The notes: generated by a model not told the origin, from the letters alone. A stretch of 64,000 nucleotides of DNA from Octopus sinensis (GCF_006345805.1 NC_043006.1:20274001-20338000), one strand, 5' to 3'; positions 37,556 to 50,825 are shown, counted from the first letter of the stretch. Numbers and translations: made by a program.

Positions 37556-37887
37556 CCCCTGACCCAACAATTATTTTGAAAATAAATGTATTTTTTCAGA
37601 CATATTTTTTAATTGTTTTATTTTACTATGTTTTGAATGGTGATTTCGAGGTATATTTCAAACCTTATTTATTATGAATTTTAATTCAATAATATTGATT
37701 TTAAATTACCGCTTATATCTCGGATCCCTCAAGTGATCCTTCTATGTCAAAAAAGAGTTTATAATAGACGAAGGAACTCATTTGCTGTCGATTTGGGCGA
37801 GTCTATCTTTTGACGAGTTAACTCGCCAGAGATAGAAAAAAACGATTTCGGTCAAAACGCATATATTCGTTTCTGCCGGGTAAGGGG
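37556..37887. mobile_element. piggyBac-like MITE, family 3
   Basis: TTAA on both sides. 10-bp TIR CCCCT(G/T)ACCC. Confidence 0.7.
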
Positions 37888-38516
37888 TTAACAGAGTGAG
37901 AGAAACAAAACAAAACGAAATAGACAAGACCTGTAGAAGATAAAAATACTCTTTCCTATCATAAGTCTGTGTTGTCTCATAGGTCAAAGTACATAATACA
38001 GTTGACCTCTGGCTGCCAGACTAGAACATGCACTACACATATCTTGGATCAGTAAAGAAAGAATGAAGATTTGTAGAGAATTTGTGGTTTTTGAAACAAT
38101 ATACCAAGAAATTAAAAAAAATAAGAGAAAGGTTCCGAAAACAGTTTAGACTAACAGAAATGTGAACTCCCCCAGCTGTGCAGTATGAGGAATACGAGTA
38201 TCAAATAGAGGGAAATAGTTACTACAAGAAAGAGAGAGAAGGGAAGTGAAAATGAACATAGAAGTACAGAAATATGTTATATTAACAAAGCACTGAAATA
38301 TCACCATTTGGGTAGAGTTAAAAGCTGAAATCTGTTGTTGGTAGGCTTTTACATACTTAAGAGACATACTTAACTGCATAAGAGTATTCAGGTAAGTGAA
38401 AGCATTTCCCACTTAAACCTTTAGCATTCAGATTACTCGGTCAAATGTAATGTTCATCTATTCACATTCATCATCATCGTTTAGCGTCCGTTTTCCATGC
38501 TAGCATGGGTTGGACT

Positions 38517-38658
38517 AAAACTGGTACTTTATTTATCGACCCCGAGAGGATGAAAGGCAAAGTCGACCTCGGCGGAATTTGAACTCAGAACGTAACGGCA
38601 GACGAAATACGGCTATGCATTTCGCCTGGTGTGCTAACGATTCTGCCAGCTCGCCGCC
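38517..38658 (-). mobile_element. SINE family B, 3'-truncated, nested with a family C fragment inside a MITE
   Basis: Reverse-complement head and central domain. Confidence 0.8.
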
Positions 38659-39578
38659 TTGTTTTCAATTAACCAGGTCAGTGTGAGAATCTGGATTTGA
38701 CTAGTTTCAACATAAGGCAGGTACAATATTAGGGCCGGATTTGGCCTGTTTAAATGCTAAAGAGTTAAGCAACTTAGCTGTCAATATAATATAACAGATT
38801 GGGTGGTGTCAAGTCTCGCATCAACACACAATGCTTAAAAGAAACAAAATAAGACAAGATTCTTATAGGTGGGTGCAGCTTCTAGTTGAGGGTGAGATGT
38901 GTATGGGCAGAGAAGAGCCAGGCACAAAACAGGGTTGCTGGAAAACACAGCATTTGAAATGAATCGCAAATGTTTATAAGTACAAAAGTTTCCCATTTCA
39001 GCATTTTATTTAACAACACTTAGCGCTCACATCCTTTTTCAACCCGTGTTTTAATTCTCTCTCTCCTCCTTTTGCTCAGTATAAACACTTCATCCTTTAA
39101 CTGATGTTCCTAAAGCATCACAGAAACCAGCAAATAAAAATATGACATGTGACTCGGCCTTTTACATGTAGAGGTACTGTTATCATGTTGATGGTGCTGA
39201 TGGAATTGGGATAAAGCAGGATTACATCGGAAATGATTCCATCAGGGCAATACTTGAAAGGAGGATGTCAACTCTAAACCACAAACTAGAAAAATAAATC
39301 TCTAATTACACAGCTTTTAATTACTTATATAGCTGTGCGGTGAAACCACATTCACTTTAATCTCAAAAATGTCTAAGTATGCATATTTACAATGCCCACA
39401 GACAATAATCTTGGAAGAGTTGATTGAATTAACATCAAATCATTTCACGAAGTAAAAAGATAAATCTATTCTGATGTTATTTGACCAAGAATTAACAAGT
39501 TCTGAACAGCTCAGCTTTCAATACCCCCCCCCCAAAAAAAACACCCCTGAGAAAATAAGGCATGCAAATAATACTTAC

Positions 39579-39790
39579 AACAACCATATGTTGCAGAGTG
39601 TACAGGTCTGTATCACCTAGATATACCCGGATGGCTTGGATACGGAATCCAAACCCTTGAGGACCTTTCTTGATGACTAGTGGCGGCTTTAAGTTCCTGG
39701 TAAGTGGCGAGATATCTCTGGACGGAGAGCCATCGCGGGAACTGGTGCTTGAACCCCCAGGAGAGTTTAAGGGCTGGATGAGTAAATCTT
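39579..39790 (-). CDS. MAST: MAST exon (SSRDGSPSRD motif plus PDZ N-terminal half)
   Basis: TGCAG acceptor and GTAAGT donor, 212 nt, phase 1 to 0. DLLIQP...LKPPLVIKKGPQGFGFRIQAIRVYLGDTDLYTLQHMVV. Confidence 0.95.
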
Positions 39791-39939
39791 CTGCAATATC
39801 AAAAAAAAAAAAAAGATATAACTGATATGAAGACAACAAAGTGTGATACATTTATTATAAGTTATGCACATAAACAGGCACATACACAGACTAAAACATA
39901 CACACACAGCTAATAAAAACGCATACTATATATTTTTAA

Positions 39940-40144
39940 CCCTTTAGCATTCGGATTATTCTGTCAAATGCAATGCTTATTCATTTAGATTTGTTTTTAA
40001 TTAATCCCGCATTATCTTGTAGCCTTGAGATTTCCATCATGGGATTGTTTAGGCTTAAAATGATATTGCAGAGTACGTGTGAGATCTGGTTTGTTTGAAC
40101 ATAGAATATTTGGGTTGGATATGGTTGCTTTAAATGCTAAAGGG
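39940..40144. mobile_element. piggyBac-like MITE, family 1, intact
   Basis: TTAA|CCCTTTAGCATT...AATGCTAAAGGG|TTAA. Confidence 0.85.
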
Positions 40145-40771
40145 TTAAGTCATAAACTGGAACAAAAAAAAAAAAAAGGGAAAAAAAGGATCAAAGAGAA
40201 AAGTTAAAATGCATCTCATTAAAGATGCCTTAAGTTTGATTTCAGACAATTTTTTTTGAATGAAACTAATTACAAAATATTTTAAAGATTTACGAAGTGA
40301 TATTTACTTTATGTAGGAAAGATTCATATATTAGACAGAATAAAACGACCATTTATGTAATTCAGTAAGATGATGTCAATGAAATAACATTAAAATTTAT
40401 GTTTAATTATAATTAAAGAGCTTAGGGGGGTTCAGCTGATAGGAACAAATTTATCAAGCTTACCAGACAAAAAATACACTAAAGCAACACATTTCAACCA
40501 ACGAAGAATCAAAGACAAAATTACAACCACAAAGACAAAAACACATAGGAAAAGCCTAAAAATATTAAACATCATTCGTAATTATTAATTTTGTTTATTT
40601 TTAATAACAGTTAAAGAAGCCAAGAGAAGATAACAAATGCCACAACGAGACGTCACGTTAAGAAACGGAATTGTTTGAAAGAAAATATTCTGCAAATTGT
40701 GTGTTATTGACAAAAGTTCAACAACAGAAAACAGTGAATAAACTGTTGGGACAAAGAGTTAGATAATATTT

Positions 40772-40779
40772 GCATATAT

Positions 40780-40821
<42 letters not shown>

Positions 40822-40861
40822 GCAAACAAATATATGGATGTTTATACTTTATATATGTGTA

Positions 40862-40936
<75 letters not shown>

Positions 40937-41012
40937 TGTATATATGTGTGTGTGTGTATATATATATGTGTGTGTATAAATATGTGTGTGTATATATATA
41001 TATGTGTGTGTG

Positions 41013-41044
<32 letters not shown>

Positions 41045-41094
41045 CTATATCTATATATATATTATATATCTATATATATATTATATATCTATAT

Positions 41095-41135
<41 letters not shown>

Positions 41136-41230
41136 GAGTGTGTGTGTATATATATATATATCTATATATCTATATTATATATCTATATATTATATTATAT
41201 ATATATATACACACACACATACATACACAT
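40772..41230. repeat. Long compound (TA)n/(TG)n/(CA)n microsatellite
   Basis: Direct inspection. Confidence 0.95.
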
Positions 41231-41708
41231 AAGTTAGAATGAGTGGAAAGTCAATAATAATGAATTGAATGGAAAGATTGATCAATGTTGGTTTATAAAG
41301 TACCATGCAAAGAGAATTGCCTAGGCAACGGATTCTGTATTATTTTCGGTAAAGAGAAAAATAAGAAAGATTAAAATTGAAAAAAAAAAAAAAAAAAAAA
41401 TACAAAGTATAAAAGCTGCTGTGCAGTAGTGCTGCTGCGATGACATGCATCAAGAGACATGGTAAGGCAGCAATGATACATGCAAACTGTTACCTTGATA
41501 ACGAGTCTAAGGAATGAAAAAGTAAATTGTAATCTACTGAAGCGGAAAAAAGAAGAAGATGAAGAAGAAGAAAAAAAAAACACGAGAATAAAACGAATAA
41601 AATCAAATAAAGACAAAATAGGTGGCTTTTTTATTGCTGTTGTGGTTGGGGTAGAAAAGGTATTGATGTATTTCTACGAGGAGATGGACTGAATCAGAAA
41701 CAGGATGG

Positions 41709-41745
<37 letters not shown>

Positions 41746-41746
<1 letters not shown>

Positions 41747-42145
41747 GCGCAGGAGTGGCTGTGTGGTAAGTAGCTTGCCTACCAACCACACGGTTCTGGG
41801 TTCAGTCCCACTGCGTGGCATCTTGGGCAAGTGTCTTCTGCTATAGCCTCGGGCCGACCAATGCCTTGTGAGTGGATTTGGTAGACGGAAACTGAAAGAA
41901 GCCTGTCGTATATATGTATGTGTATGTATATGTTTGTGTGTCTGTGTTTGTCCCTCTAGCATTGCTTGACAACCGATGCTGGCGTGTTTACGTCCCCGTC
42001 ACTGAGCGGTTCGGCAAAAGAGACCGATAGAATAAGTACTGGGCTTACAAAAGAATAAGTCCCGGGGTCGATTTACTCGACTAAAGGTGGTGCTCCAGCA
42101 TGGCCGCAGTCAAATGACTGAAACAAGTAAAAGAGTAAAAGAGTA
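41746..42145 (+). mobile_element. SINE family A, full-length, intronic, next to (GATA)n
   Basis: All modules intact. Confidence 0.9.
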
Positions 42146-42675
42146 TAGATAGAGAGAGAGGTGGGGGATAATGGCAATAAGAAAGAGGGTGGGGTCGGAG
42201 ACTTCCTTTGATAAAGCATTAACGCCATCTCTTGAAGTGACTTAGCAGCAATAATAGAAGACAAGAGAGGGAGATTATTTTAATAACACCTTCTGACACA
42301 CGTCCATACATACTTAGAAAAGTCGTGTGTATGTGTGGTGTGCAAATGTCTATGCAGAACATGTATGTGCAATCACAGAATGGATGCAGACTTTTGAGGT
42401 TTCAATATTTACAGACCGTTTCAAGAGAAAAACGATGGAAGCTGAGAAATGAAGTTTTTATATGGCACAAAATAGAGACTAACAAATACTGTGGGCCATG
42501 AAATATCTGTAAATGGCCAAATTACAGACAGGAAAACTCAGCAGTCTAGAAAATCTTACCACAGATTGCTATCACAAAAATGGAAATATTTCATATACAG
42601 TATGACTTAAACTAAGATGGCCACTTAAGATTACAGAGACATTAAGTGCAGTAATGAATACTTATTAGATATGTT

Positions 42676-42920
42676 CTTTTATGCCTACAAAGTCAGAAAA
42701 CAACACAGCTCCCATGACTTTCGGAAACATTTTTTCACGCTCAGAGTTGCTGAAGCATGGAATAAACTGCCTGCGTCAGTTGTTGACTGCCATGACACTG
42801 CATCCTTTAAGGCCCTCATGCTTTCCGAAATCTGCCGAAACTACACCTGATTATACATACACTTTAGATGAGTTGTAGTGCACCTGAGCACAGTACACAA
42901 TTATTATTATTATTATTATT
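42676..42920 (+). mobile_element. LINE family D 3' end (short-UTR variant)
   Basis: RT C-terminus plus ...gtgcacctgagcac... plus (ATT)n. Near-identical to 59878-60142; a short fragment lies at 45737-45828. Confidence 0.85.
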
Positions 42921-43806
42921 TGCTTCAGTCATTTGACTGCAGCCATGCTGCAGCACTGCCTTTAGTCGAGCGAATCGACCCCAGGACTTATTCTTTGTAA
43001 GCCTAGTACTTATTCTATCGGTCTCTTTTTAAAAATTGCTGAGCAGTATTTGTTGTGGGTCTTTAGGTTCTGAGCCTAAATTCTGCTGAGGTTAACTTTG
43101 CCGCTCATCCTTTCAGAACCGATAAAAAAAAACCATTCATGTACTAAGGCTGGTGGTATTGACTAACCCACCTCTCAAAATTGTAACCTTCTGCCGAAAT
43201 CAAAAACACTTGTTAAGAGTTATAAATATTCACATGCAATTTTCCCAGGTTAGTTTACCAGTGTTGAGATAGATAAAAACATTAAGCCAGAATGCATAGA
43301 TGAAATGAATATATTTTGATCATGCATGAATATTTGAGTGTGGGTATGTATGATAGAGTGTATGGTTTATGTGTGTGTGTGTAAGAGAGAGAGAGAGAAT
43401 AAGTAAGAAATGAGTGTTCTCTTATTGAAGACATGCATAGAACAGAAGGAAAACAGCTGAAATAGGAATTACTCTAAGGAATGGTAAAATTCTACAAATA
43501 GCCAAGTTTGGCCAGACTAATATATTTGAATGGGGACAGGGAAGGAGTGAAAATGATTAACAAAAAAGAAATTAGATTTGATAAAACAAGCTAAATTGCA
43601 ATAAATCTGGGGATGAAGCAATAATTTTCTGTAAAAAAAAAAAAACAAAAAATATTGAAGAGAAATAAATATAAAAAAAAAATCAAACAAACAGTGTAGG
43701 GGTTCTGGTGACAACAGAAGAAGACAGGCAGCGATCGCCACACAAGAGTCTCAAACAGTTGAAATGGAATAAAGGAGTATGAGGGGTGGCTGTTTAAGAA
43801 ATATAC

Positions 43807-43860
43807 CTGGGAAGAAGAGTCTACGCTTAGTCAGTTCCCCGGAGTTATCCAATGGATGAC
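43807..43860 (-). CDS. MAST: Candidate 54-nt MAST cassette exon (GHPLDNSGELTKRRLFFP)
   Basis: gcattttctccAG acceptor and CAG|GTATAT donor. Symmetric phase 1-1, open in the required frame, in non-repetitive sequence. Confidence 0.5.
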
Positions 43861-44907
43861 CTGGAGAAAATGCACACACAGAATCAACAACATCTTAAAA
43901 GAAAACTAATCTTGATGAAATAAGGTGAAGAATGAAAAAACAAAAGTCTTCTCAAAATAGCTTAATAAGAGGCAAACATTTATTGTAAGTTTTCATTCAT
44001 TTAAAGTTTTAGAAATTGTATTTTCCAGCATACAAAAGTCCAATTTTTCAGATCAAAATTTTCAGCCCCAAAAAGGCCATTTGATTTCATGACAACTTTG
44101 GAGGAACATAAATTCCATGTGAAATGCAGCAGGATTTGGAAAGATAGTGATGATGTTTAAATGTTTACACTACATGTTTACCACTATATCAACTTGTATG
44201 CTGGAAAATAATCTAAGTGGCAGAATTACTGAAAATTGTGTCTTTAGTCTTCAGGTGGTGATTTAAAGAACTTGGAATAGTTTGACATGAAATACTTGAA
44301 CTTAAGAATTATGTTAAGCTAAAGACATCTGCTGATAGCAGTCTTTTAGCGACACAGAAAGAGATGGGCTGCGTGTCTTTATCTACAGCTAGATGAATGA
44401 TGAGATAGAAAGAGCCACTGAAGGTTGGACAATTTCATCTGTTATTGATATATTTCTGTTTTTTTAACACTGTACATCTCTAAGAGATGCTTTCTTGAGA
44501 TGAACACTGCAGTTAATTAGGCTTTCAAAAATGTATAAGCTTTAAGTATGATATACAGATCACTATTTTGAACTAATACTGGCTCTATTGCTCATATACA
44601 TAATTCTTATTCAAAAATGTTGTTGACAGTGACTTCAAAGTTTTGGCTAGCTAAGCCATCATCGAAACAATAAATAGATAGAAATAGCTGAGATACTTTA
44701 TAAAACATATGGGATTAAATTTGCTTGAGACAGTGCAAGGGTCAATAAGAAGAAGTTTCTATGGGAAAGCTTATTTTGATGATAAAGCAATATACATAGT
44801 GTACATTAAGAGTACTATATGTACACTATTTCAGCTTGTATAAGAGTCAATGGAAGTATTCAAAGTGAAACTGGAAACAGTAATAAAGATGATGTAGTAC
44901 TCTTATA

Positions 44908-45190
44908 TGGTTCAACTGGGGTCTGGGAAGCCAGAAGGCTGCACCAGGCCCAGTCTGATCTGGCAGTGTTTCTACGGCTGGATGCCCTTCCTAACGCCGA
45001 CCACTCCGTGAGTGTAGTGGGTGCTTTTTATGTGCCACCGGCATGGAGGCCAGGCGAGGCTGGCAAACGGCCACGATCAGGTGGTGCTTTTTACGTGCGG
45101 AGATCCAGGTGAGGCTGGCAACGGCCACAATCGGATGGTGCTTTTTACATGCCACCGGCATGGAGGCCAGTCGGGGCGGCGCTGGCAACA
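44908..45190 (-). mobile_element. Retroposon family C copy with about three units, lacking the tail
   Basis: Core and units. Confidence 0.85.
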
Positions 45191-46729
45191 TCCAGTGGAA
45201 ATTTTTTTGTATTTTTTATCAATAATACCAAACCATTTCCACTTTTCTGTTTTGTTTTACAATAACTCCGCAAATAATATTTCCACAATTTCCAATTTTA
45301 ATACTATGGATACAAGCAGATGTGCTTCAAGAGGAAACAGCCAGGATTTACCTAACTACCTATATCATGTCATATATATATATATATACACACACACACG
45401 CACATACATACATATACACATGCACATTCACACCACCATACCATACCATACGTATATATTTCTCTGTACATCAAGAGCAAACTTCATGTATACACAATCT
45501 GTTATCATGTAATAAATATCTTTACAGAATTAAAAGCTTTCACCATATACTGACTACAAAAAATAGTCTAACATTAGGGCATATAACTCCCCTTAATGGA
45601 TTAAAATGGGCATTATACAAATTTTCACACTCTACCGTTTTCTAATAATTTGCATATGTCTTTATGCTTGTTAGCTATCTGTAGTTATATGTGTATATAT
45701 AAAAACACACACACACCATTCTACTAGACTGGCATAAATCCGCCGAAACTACACCTGATTATATATACACTTTAGATGAGTTGTAGTGCACCTGAGCACT
45801 GTACACAATTATTATTATTATTATTATTTTTATATGGACTACAACTAAGGAGACAAGAGAAAATTTGTTGGCTACAAGACTAATTGAACAGAACTGTTTT
45901 GCTGACCTCAGAGCTGAACAGAGATAAAAGTTTAGTCACATAAAAAAAGAAATGAAAATCATGATTCAAGGATAAAAACAATAACAACCAGAAGTGAACT
46001 TCACCGAATATAAGAATTTGTGCTGAGAGAGTGATGGAAAAAAAAAATTCGCTTTATTTTAGAATATTACCTTAGAATATTAAATAAACAGAAATGTGTG
46101 TATACAGTTTATAAGGCTTTCATCAATGTATCTGCTTCAAGAATGATAGACAGATTGCTATTTTGAACTAATACTGTTTCTGTTGCTCAAAATGAATATA
46201 TATATATATAATTTTGTATATTCTCTTCACCATTATCAGTTATTAGCAGCCATAAGTAAAAATTAAAATCACTACATACAAAACAGACAGACACACACAC
46301 ATGCATGTACACTCAGAGCAACAGTGTCATGTGCTATTTTAAGGGTGAAGTTACCCTGATATGGTACCATTTCAATAAATACTGTGTCATTGCAACAATG
46401 CTATGTTAATACATCTTTGTCAATAATATAAAACAGATAATACGAAGGCTGTTTCTTTATCCTATCAAACTTGTGATATCATAACAGGTGTCATATTCTC
46501 AATACTGAGATTCCAGTAACAACGTTCTAACAGTAATTTAGCTGATGTGTTATCTCAGTGAAGAAATAGATATATAACAGACTAAATGACCCGAAAGCGG
46601 TAATGTCATGACAGCAACCTAATAAGTAAGCCCTAATAAGTTAAAAAATCAATCAATTAAAGACTAACATAAAATGGTCCAGCTTAGCCATAAGACTATG
46701 AAAAAAGGTAAAAACAGACAGAAGAAAAG

Positions 46730-47210
46730 CTTGAATTTCCAAAATACCAATAATGTCAGAATAATCAGTTCATTTTCAGAAATGTCCAAAATGTCAGGAT
46801 ATTTTATAAATTTCTTGAAGTATCAGGAATGTCTGAACAATCTATCAATTTCCAGAACTATGCAGCATGTTAAAATAATTAGTTGATTCAAAGACATACC
46901 CAGAATGTCAGGACAATCTGTTTGTTTCTAGAAACATTCAGGATGTCACAATGACCTGTCCATTTCCAGAATTATCTAAATTATTAAGGACAATCTGTCA
47001 ATTTCCAAAGATATCCAGGATGTCAGAACAAACTATTTTCAGATATATCCAGGTTATCTGAACAAACTGTAGATTTTCAGAAATACCCAGGATGTCAGAA
47101 CAATCTGTCAATCTTGAAAAGATATCCCTGAATGCCTGGACAATCTGTCCATTTCCAGAAATACCAAGCATTTCAGAACTATGTCAATTCAACAGTTTTA
47201 GTTGAAACAA
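46730..47210. repeat. Diverged 38-bp minisatellite, about 12 copies
   Basis: Consensus ~atgtcagaacaatctgtcaatttccagaaatatccagg. Unit starts at 46753, 46791, 46829, 46867, 46905, 46943, 46981, 47020 and onward. Confidence 0.85.
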
Positions 47211-47984
47211 ATGAATCCTTTTATTTCTACATCCAACATCCCAGCTTTGAAAAAGAACTGAAGTGGCCAACATAGACAAGGCTTAACCAGTGTTTACTAT
47301 ATTCAATATCGTTTACAGAGGTTAACTCTCCTGCAAAAACTTTCATTGACCAGTTCTGTATGACCACAGAATGTTCTGCTGACCAGCCAAATGCTTTTTG
47401 GGATCATAATGAACAGTATGTGATCAAATGAAGCAAATCCAAGCATCATTTTTTTTCCTCTCTGAACCCCCTGAAACGTCAGAGAGGCCAGAGGCATTAT
47501 ACCAATCATATTTTTACTAAACTCTGGTTCATCTTAGATCCTCCAAAGAAGCTAGAACTAGTAAGTGAGAGTAGTTCAGTAACATAAGGGGTTAGTGTTC
47601 AAGTCTAGCATATGGTGCTAACAGATTGGTAGGGAAGAAATTTGATCAACAGGGGAAAGCTTGGGCCCTAATGAACACTTGATGGTCTTTAAAAGCCTTA
47701 GTTACTTCGTAATAATCCTTACAATATATATATAGTTTGTCCAACTCATGCTAGCATGGAAAGCGGACGCTAAACGATGATGATGATATATATGAGTGGA
47801 CAAAGGAAAGAAAGATGTACTCAGCACATTTACTACGAGTTACATATATTATTTAGGCTTATTACAAGAACCTAGCTTGTTGGGCTTTCTGAATCTCTAC
47901 TTTCAGCCACCACAGCTCAGTGAGGTTCTTGTAGTGAACCCATGAAACTGCTAGTTCCAGGGGGCTGAATCATACTGATTTAGA

Positions 47985-48022
<38 letters not shown>

Positions 48023-48463
48023 ATGAAAGGATCTTGGTTAGAATTTCAAACCATGAGTTGAGTTGTTTGAACAACTCAACCCTATTTGAATTATTGTATG
48101 AGTGGCTGATTATACCACAGACACACGTACCCTTAATGCAATTCTCAGGCAGAGTCAGCATGACAAGACTGTACAGTGTGACAAGACTGTACCTTTCAAT
48201 TACGATGGATTGATAATCCCTCACTAATACACCTGATATATGTATATGCAAAAAGAAAAAGAAAACTCTAGAACTCAAAACGCGAGTATATATATATATA
48301 TATATTTTATTATTTATAATCAACAGATGTTACAGAGTGACTCAAGGGTTGAAAGTTTTGTGCATTGGCACAATGCACACGACTCTTGGCCCTTGAGTCA
48401 CTCAGTAACTTACGTTGATTATTAAAATATATATATACATATATACACACGCATATATATATA

Positions 48464-48507
<44 letters not shown>

Positions 48508-48836
48508 TTAAAATTAAGGATAAAATCTTTATAAGAAATTATCAGTAGTTAGCGTGAAAAACCTCGTAAGAGAAAAAAATCCGTAAATTTTTCCACTTTG
48601 AAAATATTTATTTATATTATATAATATAATATTATTTATATTATATAATATATATTTATATTATATATATTGCGAAATCACAGGTGATATGTAACTAAAT
48701 TCTGTTTTTAAATGACTTGCTTTGAAGTTTTGTATTCGGTACAATTTGTTTATTTTAGTAGTTTTGACTGCAAGAGTCCCTCCTAGCGTGCAGTACCTAT
48801 GAATAATAGTACCCTCTATATAATATATATAAATAA

Positions 48837-48880
<44 letters not shown>

Positions 48881-49352
48881 ATATATATACACATGCATAT
48901 AATCATATTGGTTAGGAGTGTAATAATACAAAGCATATATTTAACATAGCTATTTATTTATATTAGGATTGTTTTATTATTATTATTATTATTATTTTTT
49001 ATCAAAGGTTTACAAGTCCAACCTTGATGATAAAACTTTCTATAAAGAAACCATTTCTCCCTGTACTCTGTTCTCTACAAACAGATATATTTCAAACAGA
49101 AATGACTGAAAAAACAGAGAGAAAGTAATTATGTGAGCAGCGGGAAGCTGTCCTCATCTCGCATATATATTTCAATAGATTTTAAAAAATTTATTTAATA
49201 GACATTTGTATAGTTATTCAAATGCATTTATTTAATTGTAAAGAGCCTTTTTTTTTTTTCATCTTGTTTATCTAAGATTCGACAAGAATGCAGGAACACA
49301 CACATACACACATAAAGGAAGAAAAGCGATGAGATAAAGAAGGCTGACTGAC

Positions 49353-49685
49353 CTATAGAATGCACTAGTAGTGTGAGGGCGCTAGCTGAAGCTGACTTCT
49401 GTAGTTTCACGACGTCCTCGTTACTACCAGAAGTCCTAGTCCTCTCGCTATAAGTGGACGGGACGACGCTGGTAGCAGCTTTAAAGGATGCAGTGGTAAC
49501 TAATGGCGTGCTGTTAGTTGTGCGTTCTACACTCTCACCGCCAACCAAAGACACTGCAGTGGCTGTTGTTGTGGTGACAGCAGTGGTAGTAGTAGTAGTG
49601 GTAGTAGTTGTCGTGGCGGTTGCCTTACTCCTCCCTGAGCCGGTTCCACTGTCTTTATTGTCAATCTCATCAACTGGAGAGAGTT
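49353..49685 (-). CDS. MAST: MAST exon (Thr-rich linker, KSASASALTLLV motif)
   Basis: TTACAG acceptor and GTCAGT donor, 333 nt, phase 1-1. LQKSASASALTLLV matches the MAST KSASATALSL block. Confidence 0.9.
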
Positions 49686-49944
49686 CTGTAAGAAGAATAA
49701 CGAAAGAAATGAAGAGAAACCCATCAGGTATATAAGAAAAAGAGGTGGGAGAAACAAAAAAGGCAGAAAGGAGAAGAGAGAGAGAGTCTAAAAGCATGAA
49801 ACCAACTGATCTATTACTTGATCTGCTAAATATAGCAGTCAGATCTCTCACAAATAAAACCCAGACAGTCAAAAAAAAAAACAAAGACATTGGATAGTGT
49901 AGTCCATTGTAAACTATGCCACATCAAAATATAAAGAGAGAGGA

Positions 49945-50545
49945 TGACTTTAGGAAACATTTTTTCACGCTGAGAGTTGCTGAAGCATGGAACAAATGGC
50001 TGGCATCAGTTGTTAGTTGTCGGAGCACTGCATCCTTCAAAACTTCCATGCTTCCTGAGATTGTTAGCCAGTAAGGCATATTCTGAATGCCTTACTTCCC
50101 TGGGCATGGACACATTGAAACTCCGACGTCTGGCAGCTGACTTGGCAGACACCCATAAAATTATTTACCATCTTATAAACAATAACTCTGAGCACCTTTT
50201 CAAACTCCACCCGTCTAACACCCATGGACATGTTTACAAAGTCAGAAAACAGCACAGCTCCCATGACTTTAGGAAACATTTTTTCACGCTGAGAGTTGCT
50301 GAAGCATGGAACAAACTGCCAGCATCAGTTGTTAGTTGTCGGAGCACTGCATCCTTCAAAACTTCCACGCTTTCTGAGATTCGCCAACACTACACCTGAT
50401 TTTCTCTCCTCCATACACACACAAGCATGTATCTGACTCATACACTGTTCGCTTTCCAGACTTTATACGTTACTGCATATACTTTGTACGCACTTTCTAA
50501 CAAGTTGTGGTGCACCTGAGCACTGTATACAATAATTTCATTATT
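49945..50545 (+). mobile_element. Rearranged LINE family D 3' end
   Basis: About 115 bp of the RT C-terminus is duplicated in front of a 5'-truncated copy. (ATT) tail. Confidence 0.85.
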
Positions 50546-50825
50546 TCATCACTGAAATACCACTGATTATTGGCCTCGTGGGGAGACATGACCAGAGAAG
50601 GAATTCCAGAGTGCTGGGAGTAGTGTTCAAAGTGAAACCTGGAGGGGTTACAAAGACAGAGGGGAATTGGAGGAAAGAATGTTGGGGAGGAACCTGAGAA
50701 TTATGTGAATGGATGAATTGAAATACTGTGAAAGCATAAGGTGATCACAGGAACATCTGAGATAGGGACAGCTGGTATTTAATCTGCTTGGAAGTAGATG
50801 ATAATACCTGATGAAGATGATGTTA

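Noticed and set aside
41494-41536. Possible extra MAST exon with a strong pyrimidine tract and GTAACA donor
   Set aside because: All acceptor choices give 43, 40 or 13 nt, which shift the frame. There is no homology, so it is unsupported without RNA data.
46674-46886. ORF over the minisatellite as a repeat protein
   Set aside because: The 38-bp period breaks frame, stops are frequent, and it is antisense within the MAST intron.
47900-47990. Hammerhead ribozyme (GGTTC/GAACC stem, GAAAC..GT)
   Set aside because: The CUGANGA core is broken, extra bases precede GAAA, and there is no stem I.
49686-49890. N-terminal extension of the 220-aa ORF (likewise poly-Y at 63160-63261)
   Set aside because: Intronic pyrimidine or microsatellite tract upstream of a clear AG acceptor.
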